NCBI RefSeq assembly: GCF_037042905.1
Contig: NC_087252.1
Location: 16,494,001 to 16,558,000, forward strand
Direction: 5' to 3'
Source: Lytechinus pictus
Lineage: Eukaryota
DNA: 64,000 bases
In this document: positions 40,501 to 51,797 of the stretch, piece after piece
Numbering within the stretch: the first letter of the stretch is position 1
How the letters are laid out: every line of letters starts with the position of its first letter
Program-made: the position numbers and the translations under genes
Notes under the pieces: model-generated
Database searches by the model: none
Seen by the model: only the letters and a program-made list of their open reading frames with translations
Told to the model about the DNA's origin: nothing

Positions 40501-43500
40501 TCCAGCCTTTGACATAAAATGTTGTGTTGGGAAGGAGAAAAATAAATTAAACAGAATGGCGAAAGTTTGAAAGAAATCAGACAAGGGATAAGAAAGTTAT
40601 AGCTGCTTTTAAATTGAGATCACTAATAGTATGTAGATTTCAAATTGGCAACTGGGTAAGTAAATTATGGCAAGGGGCAAGGACAACTTTCCCATAGGCC
40701 ATGTACTTTATTATCAGGGATTCGTGGTTTTCTCCTAAGTACCCCTTCCCCTGGGGCAGTAATCTGAATATAATCCAGGTATATTGTTTTATGTCCTCAT
40801 GATGAAAGAAAAATATAATTTGAAATAAAACTTTTTGGGAAAATGACATTTTAGCCATAATATGTATTGGAGTACATGGAAGAGTAGTCCTTGCCTTACA
40901 TCACTATGACATCCCATATGCGGCCAATTTGAAGTCTCCATGGGTATAGTGATTACCAATATTTACAACTTTTAAAAAATCATAACTTTCTTGTTGTTTG
41001 TCCAATATTGTTCAAACTTTCACCTATCAACTTGTCTGATTTTTCTTTTTCTTATAAAAACAAGTTTTTATTTGGGTTGGATTCCCCTTTAACAAATTTT
41101 AATTCTGCCTCTCAAAAGGGAGGGCATGGGCCGGCTTTGCAGTTTGCCCCCCCCCCCCTCCCCCCGGATCTGCCAGTGTGCAATCCATCAATGAAGATTT
41201 AAAGGGGATTACCTTTATTAACGTGGAGTTGGTATTTAAAATAAGAGCAGCAAGAAGCGAATGAAACATATCGGGAAACATTTTGCAAAAATCCATTAAA
41301 AAATAACAAAATATGACGTCTTTTATCCTTCGCATGTGAATACCACATGATGCTATGTAGGGAAAGCTTACACAACATGTTTATGTGAAAGTGTCACTGC
41401 TCATCCTAATGAAAAATGCCACTGGAGAAAGGTTGATCATTCATGAGTAACTGCGAATAGGCTTTTATAATATTGGCATGAATGCTCAATTGGGAAGCAA
41501 GAATTGAAAGCAGAAATTCTATACAGTCAATAAAAAAAAAAATGGCAATGGGGGGGGGGGGGCAGGGATGACGAACCTTATTGATGACGATCTTCTTGTA
41601 AATGACAAATACTACACATGAAACCAGGCCCGACATCACAGGTGAAAGGAACCAAGATCCAACTAAGAAAAAAAAAATCAAATCATTAATGTCATGATTG
41701 TCATCACAATGTTTCTATTTGAGGGGAAAATTCAGCATTCAAAGTGGATTCCTGATTATGATAAATCACAAGGTCTATCGCAACTGTGTACAGTATGTAT
41801 TCAATGCTTCTTGCTCTATAAAAATATTTTTCAATATTCTTTCAATATTTCATGTACAGTACCTGTCACCATTCTTTGAATCACTATATCCTGTTTCAAC
41901 CAGAGAACAATAGATTTGGTCCACTGATTCTATTGTTCTCTGGCTGAAACAGGTAATAGTGAGTCAAAGATTGTGATGGGTACTGTAGTGTAGCCGTAGG
42001 GCAGATGCACAGAGATTTCTGTGTGCTGTTTCACAATGAAGTTTCCCTCTTCCAAATGTAATTGCATTTAATCTTTATAAAAAAAAAAGTATAATGTAAA
42101 CATGAGTAATCAATTCCAAAGAAAGATTGCAGAAAGAAATCAAAGTCGTCACACACTTTAATAATGACTTTAAAGGACAAGTCCACCTCAACATAAAGTA
42201 TATTTGAATAAAAAGAGAAAAATCAAACAAGCACAACACTTAAAAATTTCATCGAAATCGGATGTAAAATAAGAAAGTTATGAAATTTTAAAGTTATGCT
42301 CAATTTCACAAAATAGTTTATGCACATCCTGGTCGGTATGCAAATGAGGAGACTGATGACGTCATCCACTATTTCTTTTATATTTTATTATACGAAATAT
42401 GAAATATTCTAATTTTCTTCTTATTATCAAGTGAAACAACATTAATTCCTCCCTGAACATGAGGAATTAGCATTGTTTATAAATACTATATGGTTTAGAC
42501 CGTTCAGTCAAGTTGGTCCTTATTGTCAAATCTGTAAAAAAATGAAATATTGTATAATTCAAACAATAAAAAACAAAAGAAATAGTGAGTGAGGGACATA
42601 TGATCATCGACTGACTCATTTGCATGTCACTGTGTTGTGCATATCACTGTTTTGTGAAAAATAAGCGAAACTTTAAAATTTAATAACTTTCTTATTTTAT
42701 GTCCGATTTTGATGAAATTTTCGGCGTTATGCTAGTTAGATTTTTCTTTATTCATTCAAATCTACATTTTTCTGGGGTGGACTTGACCTTTAATAATGAC
42801 AATTCATGTAATAAATTTATATGAATCGATCCCCCCCCCCCCCCAAACATATCAATCCATACAGTACATTTGTAAATCTCACTGTACTATATTTGAATTT
42901 TATCTCCCCTGCCCCCCCCCCCCCAATTTATTTTTTTGGCTTCCCTCTTCCTCATTTCCACCTGACCCTTTCTCCTATATTACAGTAACACGGCCTTTTC
43001 CAAGCAATTCCTTCAAACTATTGGCTTCCTTCTACCCCCCCCCCCCTCCTTTCCTCTCTCTCCCAGTATAACATTACCAATAATGCAATACTTCAAACTA
43101 CATACATGATTGGTCTCCCCCCATCTCCTGTATTGTGTAATGCAGAAACAAAACCAAATTACTTCTAACCAATTGCATCACACTATTGCCCCCCCCCCCT
43201 CCTCTCCCTCACTCACACCCCCCCCCCCCCCAATAGTCCCTGTCTTGTCCTTACCAATGAAACCGAATTGTCTCCAAGCAATGCCTTCAAACTGAAAGAC
43301 AACGAGATGAAATCCCAACATAGCTCCTACTATACTGTGCGTTCCAGAGACCGGCATCTTCAGCCAAGTGGCTAGTAGCAACCAGATACATGCTCCTAAA
43401 AAGATATGAAAAATTAATGTACAAGTGGGGTGAAACTTGTATCAGAAGGCCCGATTTCTTGAAAGAGGCACTTTCAATTGTACCATGGTACAATACCATG

Positions 43501-45701
43501 GTTTGCGCATAGAGAATCCTAAAGGTAAAACCTAGTTCAACTGTTCTGCTCTTTTCACAGCTGTGAACATTGCTGATTCAGCATCTACTGAATAGAGACA
43601 AACGGTACAAAGACCCATTCAGTGTAGATTATTGTACATAATTATGCTCATTTCATCACATACACTTTTTTTTTTGAAAAATCCGCTAAAATGCCCACCT
43701 TCGGCAAAAAGGGAAGTGGAATAACAAGAATTCTGCATAAAGCCATGGTTTTGTACGATTGAAACCTCTTTTGAGAACCCAGGAGAGAATCAACCCTCTA
43801 TTTTAATTCTACTCAAGGGGAACTGTTTTTTCATATAGTCTAGCTTGTGATATTGCAGGAAAACAAACTAATAAAGACAGCCTTTTCTACAGTACGACAC
43901 TCCTTGTGCATTGACTCTTTGAGGTTGATATGTCGCAATATTAATTGAAATTGTTGATAAAACATTACTTTGTGCCGTTGATGAATATTCAATAATACTG
44001 GGTATTGCAAGATAAAAATAAAGTCAAATGGAAGTTTGCTCACAATAAAAAAGATATTCGAACATATTAAGAGGTCAGACATAATACAACTAAGGAGTCT
44101 GGGCCATACTGTATTACAGCCAGATAAGGGCGATCCAACTTCCCATGTTTTTACCAACTTTTAATTATATCAAAATCACACTGGCCAGTGGTTTGAAGGT
44201 GATCTTCATATTTTGGGAACAAATGATAACAAAGAAGGTCTCTGCCGAACTTCATTCAGGCGAGACAATAAGGAAATCAGTCGCTGTGAAATAAAGGTGT
44301 TTGTTCAATATGATAGCAAATTGCCAGATCTTGTTTTCTTTTGTGATTTGCAACACTTCAAAAGGTAAAGATCTACAACATACATTTGTATTTGCTTTTG
44401 TCTTTTAATACCTTTCTCTTAATATTCACACAAGGAACATTAACAATGGAAGCTCAATGCAATCTTTTTTATGTACTGGTACCCTCATTTTAAATACATC
44501 TAGCAATTTTTTTTTATGGATTGATAGCTTTTATCATAAGCCTTTTCCAATAAATCAAATAAACCCTTCATTTTATGGGACTTGACAAATTACCATCTTG
44601 ATTTCCAAGTTCTTCAAATGATTTCATGAAAACTACAGGCCCTATATTCTTTTGAAATACATTTGTAGGATTTTTGTGTACACTGTACTGGTCTGTACTG
44701 TACACTTGAAGCTGATAATCAAAATTTAATATTTATAGACGTGTCTACTTCAATCTGTTTGAATAAATACAATACCTAATATCAGTTCTCTCTCCCTCTC
44801 ATTTTCAGTATGTATTTTTAAATTTAAAACTGAAACTGCATTTTGAATTCATTCCCATCTTACTTAACATGAAACTCAAGAAAATTTTCTACAACATGTA
44901 ATCTCGATATATTATTATGGAGAATTGTGGCTCAGGCTGGGCCCAGTGGATTTTGAAACAGAGATTCATGGATTCAAATACAAGCCAAGGAGTAAGTTTC
45001 TTCAGAAAGAAATTTATCAACAATGTGCTGTACTCAACCCATGTGAGGTGAACTCGTGAGCAAATTCCAAGAGTGAACAGCACTGGAACAGCTGCTCGAG
45101 CTCAAGCCAGGTGAATAATTATGGAGTGTCTTGAAATAGATTATTTCTCATTTTCTAAATAGATGGAATCATATAAATGCCCATTATCATTATCAATGTC
45201 AACAAATAAAACAGACTAATATTCATAATTACAAGGCACTACTAGTATGGGTTCTAATGCATATCATCATTATCAATACATGTACATGTAATGGATGGTA
45301 AGACTAATATTAATCTCTTCTTTTTGGTAAAATATTTACTTACCTCCAAGAGCACAAACTTGCCCAAGCATCAAGACTTCTTCCTGGCCTTCATAAAGGC
45401 TGACATCAAAGATGCCTTTCCTTATGGTATCCGAGACCTTCGCGCCGAGCAAAACAGCTCCGGCCGTCTCAAAGATAGAGGCTAGAATACACGCCCACGG
45501 TAGAGTGAGAACCTTCGCACCAACTGATGTAGCAAAAGAATTTGCAACATCGTTGGCTCCTAACCCACAGGCAAGCATGAATGACATGATGAAGCCGCTG
45601 ATCAGCATCCATAGAACATCACCATTGCTCACAGAGGGCGCCCCAGTCGTCATGCCCGTCACTCCTGCCATGTCCGTAAATAAGCTTGTACTGGTCTCCA
45701 T
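25340..45701 (-). CDS. slc20a: SLC20/PiT-family sodium-dependent phosphate transporter, 10 coding exons, 545 aa (gene span)
   Basis: Exons 45701-45344, 43395-43255, 41662-41577, 34583-34487, 32510-32391, 31573-31508, 30183-30076, 29195-28958, 27092-26907, 25577-25340 sum to 1638 nt and splice in frame, all GT-AG. Both PiT signatures are present ([11 protein letters not shown] and [14 protein letters not shown]), plus [25 protein letters not shown] and [11 protein letters not shown]. Orthology to SLC20A1 versus SLC20A2 cannot be decided by eye. Confidence 0.95.
25912..26233. mobile_element. Two adjacent Harbinger-type MITEs (about 25912-26078 and 26082-26233)
   Basis: First matches copies at 39692-39822 and 52499-52650; second has TIRs GGCCCGTTTCAT / ATGAAATGGGCC and long inverted arms. 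Confidence 0.75.
26268..26575 (+). mobile_element. 5'-truncated CR1-clade LINE 3' end
   Basis: Translates [54 protein letters not shown], the typical CR1 ORF2 C-terminus; short 3' UTR and AAGT-repeat tail. Confidence 0.88.
26650..26884. mobile_element. Tc1/mariner-like MITE
   Basis: TA-flanked imperfect TIRs CAATGGTGCTCATAAGTTAGTGAACC / GGTTCACTAACTTAACAGCGCTACTG. Confidence 0.75.
26907..27092 (-). CDS. slc20a: SLC20 coding exon 9 ([10 protein letters not shown]...[18 protein letters not shown])
   Basis: gaacag|T acceptor, AG|gtaac donor, 186 nt, strongly PiT-like. Confidence 0.95.
27672..28655 (-). mobile_element. Helentron-associated (DINE/HINE-like) non-autonomous element with ~163-bp internal tandem repeats
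   Basis: Subterminal inverted repeat GTCTCACCTGCAT at 27695-27707 and ATGCAGGTGAGAC at 28637-28649 with an adjacent short inverted copy; (GCC)n microsatellite 28560-28605; repeat marker at 27767, 27930, 28092, 28255, 28447; A/T-run flanks and no TSD. Confidence 0.7.
28958..29195 (-). CDS. slc20a: SLC20 coding exon 8 ([10 protein letters not shown]...[18 protein letters not shown])
   Basis: atttcag| acceptor, AG|gtaac donor, 238 nt; second PiT signature. Confidence 0.95.
29462..30003 (+). mobile_element. Internally deleted piggyBac-like element
   Basis: TTAA at 29458-29461 and 30004-30007; TIR CCACTTGACTGC; duplicated palindrome GCACGTAATATTACGTGC; acidic reading frame from ATG 29733 ([19 protein letters not shown]...). 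Confidence 0.85.
30076..30183 (-). CDS. slc20a: SLC20 coding exon 7, cytoplasmic loop ([36 protein letters not shown])
   Basis: ttttctatag| acceptor, CAG|gtaagt donor, 108 nt, open in the required phase. Confidence 0.8.
31508..31573 (-). CDS. slc20a: SLC20 coding exon 6, cytoplasmic loop ([22 protein letters not shown])
   Basis: ttttgtttctag| acceptor, A|gtaagt donor, 66 nt, open in the required phase; no family motif to anchor it. Confidence 0.75.
32027..32222 (+). mobile_element. tRNA-derived SINE
   Basis: A box TAGCTCAGTTGG 32034-32045, B box GGTTCGAATCC 32077-32087, non-tRNA body shared with 48022-48226, A-rich tail. Confidence 0.88.
32391..32510 (-). CDS. slc20a: SLC20 coding exon 5 ([40 protein letters not shown])
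   Basis: Hand-translated; atacag| acceptor, G|gttagt donor, 120 nt; hydrophobic helix followed by a basic PRWRK stretch, as in PiT before the large loop. Confidence 0.9.
32550..33505. repeat. Minisatellite of ~30 units in 31-, 38- and 19-bp variants
   Basis: Core AAGATTGGTTTAATCAATGGGATTG followed by TTTACC or ATCAATAATGACC, or truncated after AATCAATC. Confidence 0.95.
34487..34583 (-). CDS. slc20a: SLC20 coding exon 4 ([32 protein letters not shown])
   Basis: Absent from the ORF track; translated by hand; atttcag| acceptor, A|gtaagt donor, 97 nt; matches the PiT GLRxLPxFY segment. Confidence 0.92.
35857..36440. mobile_element. TTAA-target Kolobok-like MITE
   Basis: TTAA|AGGAGAATGAAAC ... 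GTTTCATTCTCCT|TTAA; long internal inverted arms. Confidence 0.88.
36601..36832. mobile_element. Short degenerate Kolobok-like MITE
   Basis: TTAA|AGGCAAGTTCATTCCTAAG ... CTTAAGGATGAACTTCCCT; related to 51276-51797. Confidence 0.6.
37472..38072. mobile_element. TTAA-target Kolobok-like MITE
   Basis: TTAA|AGGACAAGTCCACCCC ... GGGGTGAACTTGACCT|TTAA; same family as 42174-42789. Confidence 0.9.
38990..39390. repeat. Degenerate tandem repeat, ~110-130-bp unit, about three copies
   Basis: AACTTTGTCTGCACTAAA...TTTGATTACCA.AGCAGGCATCGAAGAC.AGCTAC occurs twice, with a weaker third copy. Confidence 0.7.
39692..39822. mobile_element. Harbinger-type MITE
   Basis: GGGGAGCGTTTCAT ... ATGAAACGCCCCC termini; same family as 52499-52650. 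Confidence 0.75.
40354..41178. mobile_element. hAT-like MITE containing a nested Kolobok-like MITE
   Basis: TIRs CAGGGGCGGATCC / GGATCTGCCAGTG; exact TSD TGCAATCC at 40346-40353 and 41179-41186. Confidence 0.88.
40494..41088. mobile_element. TTAA-target Kolobok-like MITE (complete copy)
   Basis: TTAA|AGGGGAATCCAGCC ... GGTTGGATTCCCCT|TTAA. Confidence 0.9.
41577..41662 (-). CDS. slc20a: SLC20 coding exon 3 ([15 protein letters not shown]...INK)
   Basis: ttcttag| acceptor, AAG|gttcgt donor, 86 nt; SWFLSP motif typical of PiT. Confidence 0.92.
41857..41985. mobile_element. TA-flanked 129-bp foldback MITE (Tc1/mariner-like ends)
   Basis: TA|CAGTACC ... GGTACTG|TA, with ~60-bp complementary arms. 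Confidence 0.8.
42174..42789. mobile_element. TTAA-target Kolobok-like MITE
   Basis: TTAA|AGGACAAGTCCACC ... GGTGGACTTGACCT|TTAA. Confidence 0.9.
43255..43395 (-). CDS. slc20a: SLC20 coding exon 2 ([24 protein letters not shown]...FGFI)
   Basis: tttttag|GA acceptor, G|gtaagg donor, 141 nt, phase 1-1, PiT motif. Confidence 0.93.
44927..45195 (+). mobile_element. Old degenerate tRNA-derived SINE of a second family
   Basis: Weak A-box-like TGGCTCAGGCTGG and B-box-like GGATTCAAATAC; ATT-rich tail. Confidence 0.4.
45344..45701 (-). CDS. slc20a: SLC20 coding exon 1 (METSTSLF...GANDVANSF...GQVCALG)
   Basis: ATG at 45701; acceptor ctccctgcag just upstream (exon starts 45712), so a non-coding exon lies further 5'; donor G|gtaagt, phase 1. 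Confidence 0.95.
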
Positions 45702-46659
45702 TTTGTTTGGATCTGCAGGGAGAAATAAAAATAAATAAAAGTTTGGTAAAAAAACCTTGAAAAATTGATAAAATTCAAAATCATTATCACTTTTTTTTTA
45801 TTTTACATGTACAGGTATACAAAACAGGGTTGTCATTCCAGAAAAAAACGAGCTTCTGTACAATTTAAAAAAAAGAGGCACTAGATTTGACTGTTTTATA
45901 CCATACCACTCTGAAAAGTACCAATCAAACTATCATGAGTACCGTATTCTCCCTTGAAGAGTATGGTAGGCCTAATCAATAAGTCAGTATTAAACTGAAA
46001 TTGCAATAGGTGACAAGTTCACATTGTAAATTTTGCACCCAGGTTTACGTTTATATTGTTGAATCCCAAGATATTCACGTAAGAGAAAACTTCAAACGAA
46101 AATCTAAAAGGCAGTTTGTGAAAATATTTATCAATACTATTCCCCTTCTGGTATTACATGACACACAAAGAAATACAAGTAATAGTACTGATGTAGGCCT
46201 AGTCTGGAATTGACAGATAGTCACTTAGTGAGATACTTACACTATTATTATTAAGTAGTCTACTAAGATGTGAACAGAAAATATTATTTAAAAAGAGAAA
46301 TTAAAAAAAAAGTGCAGTGATGAATACCGTCATCAAAGTTGAATAAAAAGTGCTCACTTCCTCTTCCTCAGAATGAGATTTTAAAATGATCAAGCCAAAG
46401 TCAGAGCCCAATGAGCCACCTTACTGAACAGGAAAGATCAAAGTCATGTGACTTTGATTCCACCAATCACAATGAATGGAAATACTTTTCATCCAACTTT
46501 CTCTCGAAAGGACTACCCATCAAGCCCAGGTAGGCTAGACCTAATGAAAGTCGAAAACCAGGCCAGGGGCCAGGGTCAGGCAAATAGGCCTACATCTCAT
46601 AAGAATATTTTCTGCACTGCAGAGGACAGAGGATGGCTTTCACACTTTAAAGTTTAATA

Positions 46660-47941
46660 AGGGATGCTCCGGGCTGAAAATAACATGATTTAAACAGATG
46701 AAGAATAATCAAAATATAAACAAAACACTGAAAATTTTATCCAAATCGGACAACAAATAACAAATGGCATTTTAAAGATATGCATTATTCCGGTGCAACA
46801 CTTCTAGGCATGTCTTCATGAATATTCAATGAGCAATCATGATGTCATATTCCCACTTGTTCTTTTTTACTTTTGTATTTTAATATGAAATAGTTTAGAT
46901 CTATTCAAATTTTTTTCTACCAATAACTGAAAAAATTGGACAACTGTGCATTCATTGCTGCAACTATTTAGCATCTAGAGCCACATAATCACAGATGTAT
47001 GAAAAAATGAAACAATTGATATTTCATGTAGGGCCTAGGCCTAGATCTAGTACTTATTTAATAACATTTAAGAAAAAGGAAAGTAGGGATGTGACATCAG
47101 CCCACCTAATGAATATTCATGATGATGTGCAATTGTGCCTCGAGACCTCGACTATAGACATAGTCTAGACCGCCTAACTATTTTCACAAACTAATGCTAA
47201 TGCCCCCCCCCTCCCCTGGGGGGGGGAGGGGCACTCAAATGTATTGATGTACACACGCCTTGCCAAATTATTTCCAAACACCCCTAAATGACATTTTCTC
47301 TGTGTGCAAAATAACCCCCCTAAACAAGTTTTTCGCGGGCTTTATTTACACATTTTTTGGCCTCTAAACAAGTTGTCACCAGAATATGACCCCGGGGAAA
47401 AAGCTTGGGGAAAAAAACATATCCTAATCTAGAGTATATTTTTTCCCCTAAGCACATTTGGCTAGTCTTAAAAAAAAGAAAAATAGCTTTGGCCAGTTTG
47501 GGAAAAAAACATACCCTAAAATACGTTTGACCCTGCGATTGACCACTGACCACCCTTTTTTTAATCTGTTTTTAATAATACCCTTTTCACGAGTGCATGC
47601 GCGGCCGGCGTCCAAAACTAAAAAAACACCCCTTTAAACATGCTTTTTTTCGTCACACGTTTGTACAGCGGTATAATATATATTTCATATCTGACTGCGC
47701 CTAATGCCTATTAAGAGTAATGTTAAACTGTGAATGATTGAAATTCAATAACTTAATTGTCATTTGTTATCCGATTTTGATGAAATTTTCAGCATTTTGC
47801 TGTGATTTTTCAGCATTTTGCTGTGAATTAATTAGATCTCGATCTACAACAATCTAGATATCTAGGGCCAGGGGCCTAGGCCTAACCAAAAGTTAGATGT
47901 AATTTATTTTTTAGCCTGGAGTAGGGCCTAGGCTACCCCTT
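46660..47941. mobile_element. Degenerate Kolobok-like MITE interrupted by a ~500-bp insertion (about 47203-47700)
   Basis: Ends AGGGATGCTCCGGGCTGAAAA and TTTTAGCCTGGAGT...CCCT; family arms GAAAATTTTATCCAAATCGGA / TCCGATTTTGATGAAATTTTC; CTAATGC on both sides of the insert. Confidence 0.6.
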
Positions 47942-48021
47942 AGTTTTAATAATATTTTGAAGTCATGTTTAACTTTATATTAGGGCCTAGTCCTAGACCA
48001 GAAGGAGGCGCGATTAAGAAG

Positions 48022-48226
48022 GAGGCACGATAGCTCAGTCGGTAGAGCGGGGGTTTCGGATTCCGGTGACCCGGGTTCGATTCCCAAGTGGTGCGCTAGT
48101 GCCCTTTGGTAAGGCATTTATCCTCATTACCAGGCCCCTCGGAGAGGACCTTAAGCTGTCGGTCCCCTGGTTGCTTGCTCACAGGCATTCGTGCTTTCTT
48201 CATGTTCTTAGCAGTCAGGTAAAAAA
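48022..48226 (+). mobile_element. tRNA-derived SINE, same family as 32027-32222
   Basis: A box TAGCTCAGTCGG 48031-48042, B box GGTTCGATTCC 48074-48084, shared body. Confidence 0.88.
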
Positions 48227-48499
48227 CCTCGATATAACATAACATAATTATAAAGACCATCCATGGGCATGGACCATGCGCATGCCATGCCTACTAAGTG
48301 CTAAAATAAAATAAAAAGTAAAGTCAAACTTCACAAACTTGGCCTTGGCTTGGGTAGCCAAAAAGAAAAACGAAACAGGATTTTTTTTTATCAGCAGACA
48401 GCATGCATAAATTGCATTAACATTACAACATGATCAAAATTAAACAGTTGGATTTTTCATATAGGCCCTATATAAAATGAAAATATTCATAACGAACAC

Positions 48500-49400
48500 A
48501 CGTCAAATTTGTCAAGCAAAACTTAATAATATCATTCGGCTACACACGAAGTGTGACACGAAACACCAAGTGAACATTTTTAACACGTCGTCGATCGAAG
48601 GCAAACTTGCTCGGTTTACTCGACGTCCGCAATTGGAACAACTTTCTTCCCGCGCCCGTTGTCACTCACACATTTTCACAAAATCTCACATTTCTCATTA
48701 TTCCTTTGCACTGATTAAAACGTACTTTCATTGCATGCAAAATAAAAATATCGCTTTTTACCTTCTGCCAACGATGAGCGAAAGAATCGTCTGGATATTG
48801 TTACAAAAAGGTTATCCAAGGGCCCAGATGTGGGGATTTGTTTATCCAAAATTCTCGTAACTCACCGGCTAAATTTCACGCGGGAGATGCCTCGCGAAGA
48901 TTTCTATTGGACGATGACCGCCGACCGCAGCGCAGGCATTAGGAGTAAGAGAGACTGACGCCTACCACAGTTTATTTTATAATCGTGCGAACAATCTCAT
49001 AGATGCGTGGAGGATCATGACGCAAAACGAGTTTGGTAACCAGTCTTTCATTCATTCATGCTGCATCCTAGCTCCATGTGATGTACATGTGATCGTTGGA
49101 GTAAAATAACAACAAAGAATGCAAGGGGAAATAGTACGACTAGTCTATTCCACCATACGCCGACATTTCCATATTCTCCGAACACGTGTGTGATAGGAGA
49201 TTTATTAGCCGGGATAAAGATCGGATGAAGCCTATGTAATAATCAAGCAGAGAACTAGCAGGCGTGCAGTGCAGAACAAAAAGCGCGGGGACAGGGGCTA
49301 GGGGTGGAGCGAGCGGGTATTGCCAGGGTAACACGGGGGGGGGGGTGTACGCGTGGTGTTTTGAGGGGCGTATATAATTTACAGATAAATTAAAAAAGGA
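48500..49400 (-). promoter_or_regulatory. Probable SLC20 promoter and non-coding first exon
   Basis: Locally CpG-rich; minus-strand donors CCG|gtgagt (exon would end 48866) and AAG|gtaaaa (exon would end 48762); CCAAT on minus at 48906-48910; GC-rich block 49260-49370. TSS not determinable. Confidence 0.5.
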
Positions 49401-49417
49401 AAGAAAGATCTATTGTA

Positions 49418-49993
49418 CCGTAAGGGCACTAGTATTCAACCCGTTTGGAGAGTTTCCTCAAATATATAGAAATATAGAATTTACCTGAATTTCAGACCCG
49501 TCTTATTTTCAAGAGCAAATGCTGGTTATTCTTTTTCCGTTATTTTTTTCTTCAACCAGTTGACTGTGTGCGCGGGCGATCGAATTATACGGCGACGGAT
49601 TTTGGTACTAGTATTCAACCCGTCGGCACTATTCAACCTAGCGATGAAAGATGGCCCTGTCTCTCAATCTGCCCTTGTCCCATCCGACTATGGACTAGAC
49701 CATTTGAGATGAGACCATAGATCTAGATCTAATTTAGCAATCTAAACCCTTTTGAGATTTGCTATCAATCCTCACTAGGTTGAATACTAGTACCATTCAG
49801 TGCAAAAGGCCATCGCCGCATAATTTGATCCTCCGCGCATACAGTCGACAGATTGACAAAGAAAATATCGACAACAGATTACCCTGGAAATAACAAAGGT
49901 ATGAAATTAAGATAAATTCCCTATTTCTAAATATTTTGGGGAATATGTCAAAATCTTTGAATTATGCCGGGTTGAATACTAGTACCCATACGG
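49418..49993. mobile_element. TA-flanked pogo/Tigger-like MITE with long inverted arms
   Basis: TA|CCGTAAGGGCACTAGTATTCAACCCG ... CGGGTTGAATACTAGTACCCATACGG|TA; inner copies of the motif near 49604 and 49776. Confidence 0.85.
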
Positions 49994-51275
49994 TACTTGA
50001 TAAAAAGTACATTTCCTTGATTGCGATCCCCCCCCCCCCCATTTAAAGGTGAAATAGTCCTTAAAAATAGTCTTTCAAAACTAAAAAGGGCCTCAGAATA
50101 TAAGGGCCAACCTTTGCCAGTCTCGCATTAAAATATCAAATATTATGGCTCTCGGGGGGGGGGGGGCGGGGCATGGGCCGGAAGCTTGGGGGCGCTGAAG
50201 CATATTTGGGGTGAGCATATACTTAAGGTAACATGGTTGATGATGGTGATGAGGATGATGTTTCACACACATGGACATGCAGCACCCCCTGGAAATCAGA
50301 TTGGTAGGCCTATGCTGAAATTTATTATTATTTTTTGCTCGTCAACCCACTCCCCCCCCCCCCGGCCCCTCCCACCACCACCAGTTCCCAAGGCACCTGA
50401 TTTGCCCCTCCCTATACCTGGATAACACTGTACTGATCGGCGGTTAGAAATCCGTTCTGGAATCGGATTTCTGATCGAGGGTCATTTGAGGAACACTCGA
50501 GAAAAGATTGCATGCCCGGAAGAGCCTTTAATCAAAAGATGCTAATTGTAGATTTGTTCTAGATAATGTTTAGACAGACGCTGTTTATATGTCGTTATCA
50601 GATTATTATTAGGAATCTCACACTTCAATGCTATCAAGAGTTCAGATTCGATTGCTCATGAGCAATCGAATCATGAGAAAACCTTCCAAGCAACTCATGG
50701 GTCGCGGAACCCCCGGCTTTGAAAACCGTGAGTGATCGTGTGTGTGTGTGTGGGGGGGGGGGGCACTCACATATATTGGTGATACGGGGACGAGCCGCTT
50801 TGATGACCCCCTTGATTCAGACCTAATTTTCAGTTCTCTAGATAATTCGAATGACAAAAATTTCGTTCAAAAGCCCGCAAGACCCCCGTTATATACCGAC
50901 GAAACATAGTGCAGAAAATCACAACTCAATTGTAATTTTCACGATTATTCTACATTTAATGACAAATAATGAGGGAGAGGGCTGATCACACCGGTTCGAC
51001 GTCCCCTGCAACCCACTCCCGCCCAAGGAGTCAAGTCGTTTGGCTTTGAATTTTCACTTGTATTTTGTTTGTCCTTTGTAGACCAATTATATATATTCAA
51101 TTTCAATTTCATTTTTCAACAGAACAAAGTAAAATGATCGAAAATAATTACAATGACATTTGCAAATGAAACTTATACAAACAATTTAAATTGAGGTTTG
51201 TACAATACATGATAATTATCCATAAGTAACACAAAACAAAGTATTATTTATTAAGCAAATGATGTAAGTCCTTAA

Positions 51276-51797
51276 AGGGGAAGTTTACCCTGACGAAATG
51301 TTTATTGTAAAAATAGCAGGAAAAAACAATAAAAAATATTGCCGAAGGTTTGATGACAAAATCCATAAAAAAATATAAAGTTATTAGAATATTAATTACT
51401 AGTATTTGATTTGTGACGTCATAATTATGTGAGCAGCATTCCTACATAGCGAATTGTAAAAAAATCAATGAAATTTCATTTTCTCAGAAAATTGAAAATG
51501 TTTTAAGGTATACCTTTTGTATAACAATAGAAAAATAAGTTCACACCCGATCATGAATAGAAAACAAAAAATAAGTCATCAGGAACCATTAAAAAAAATG
51601 AAATTCATGAATTTTATATCACACAACACATGGGGAAGCTGCTCGTTACTTTATGACGTCACAAATCCAAAAGTTAAAATTCCAATAACTTTCTTCATCT
51701 TTATATAACGGATTTTCGTCAAACCTTCACCAATATTTGTTGAAATATCTTTTCTGCTATTTTTACAACAAACTTTTCTTTAGGGTGAACTTCCCCT
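51276..51797. mobile_element. TTAA-target Kolobok-like MITE
   Basis: TTAA|AGGGGAAGTTTACCCT ... AGGGTGAACTTCCCCT|TTAA. Confidence 0.9.

Noticed and set aside
45412..45738. Plus-strand ORFs overlapping SLC20 exons (also 25389-25586, 29027-29413, 32293-32544)
   Set aside because: Antisense shadows of real minus-strand exons
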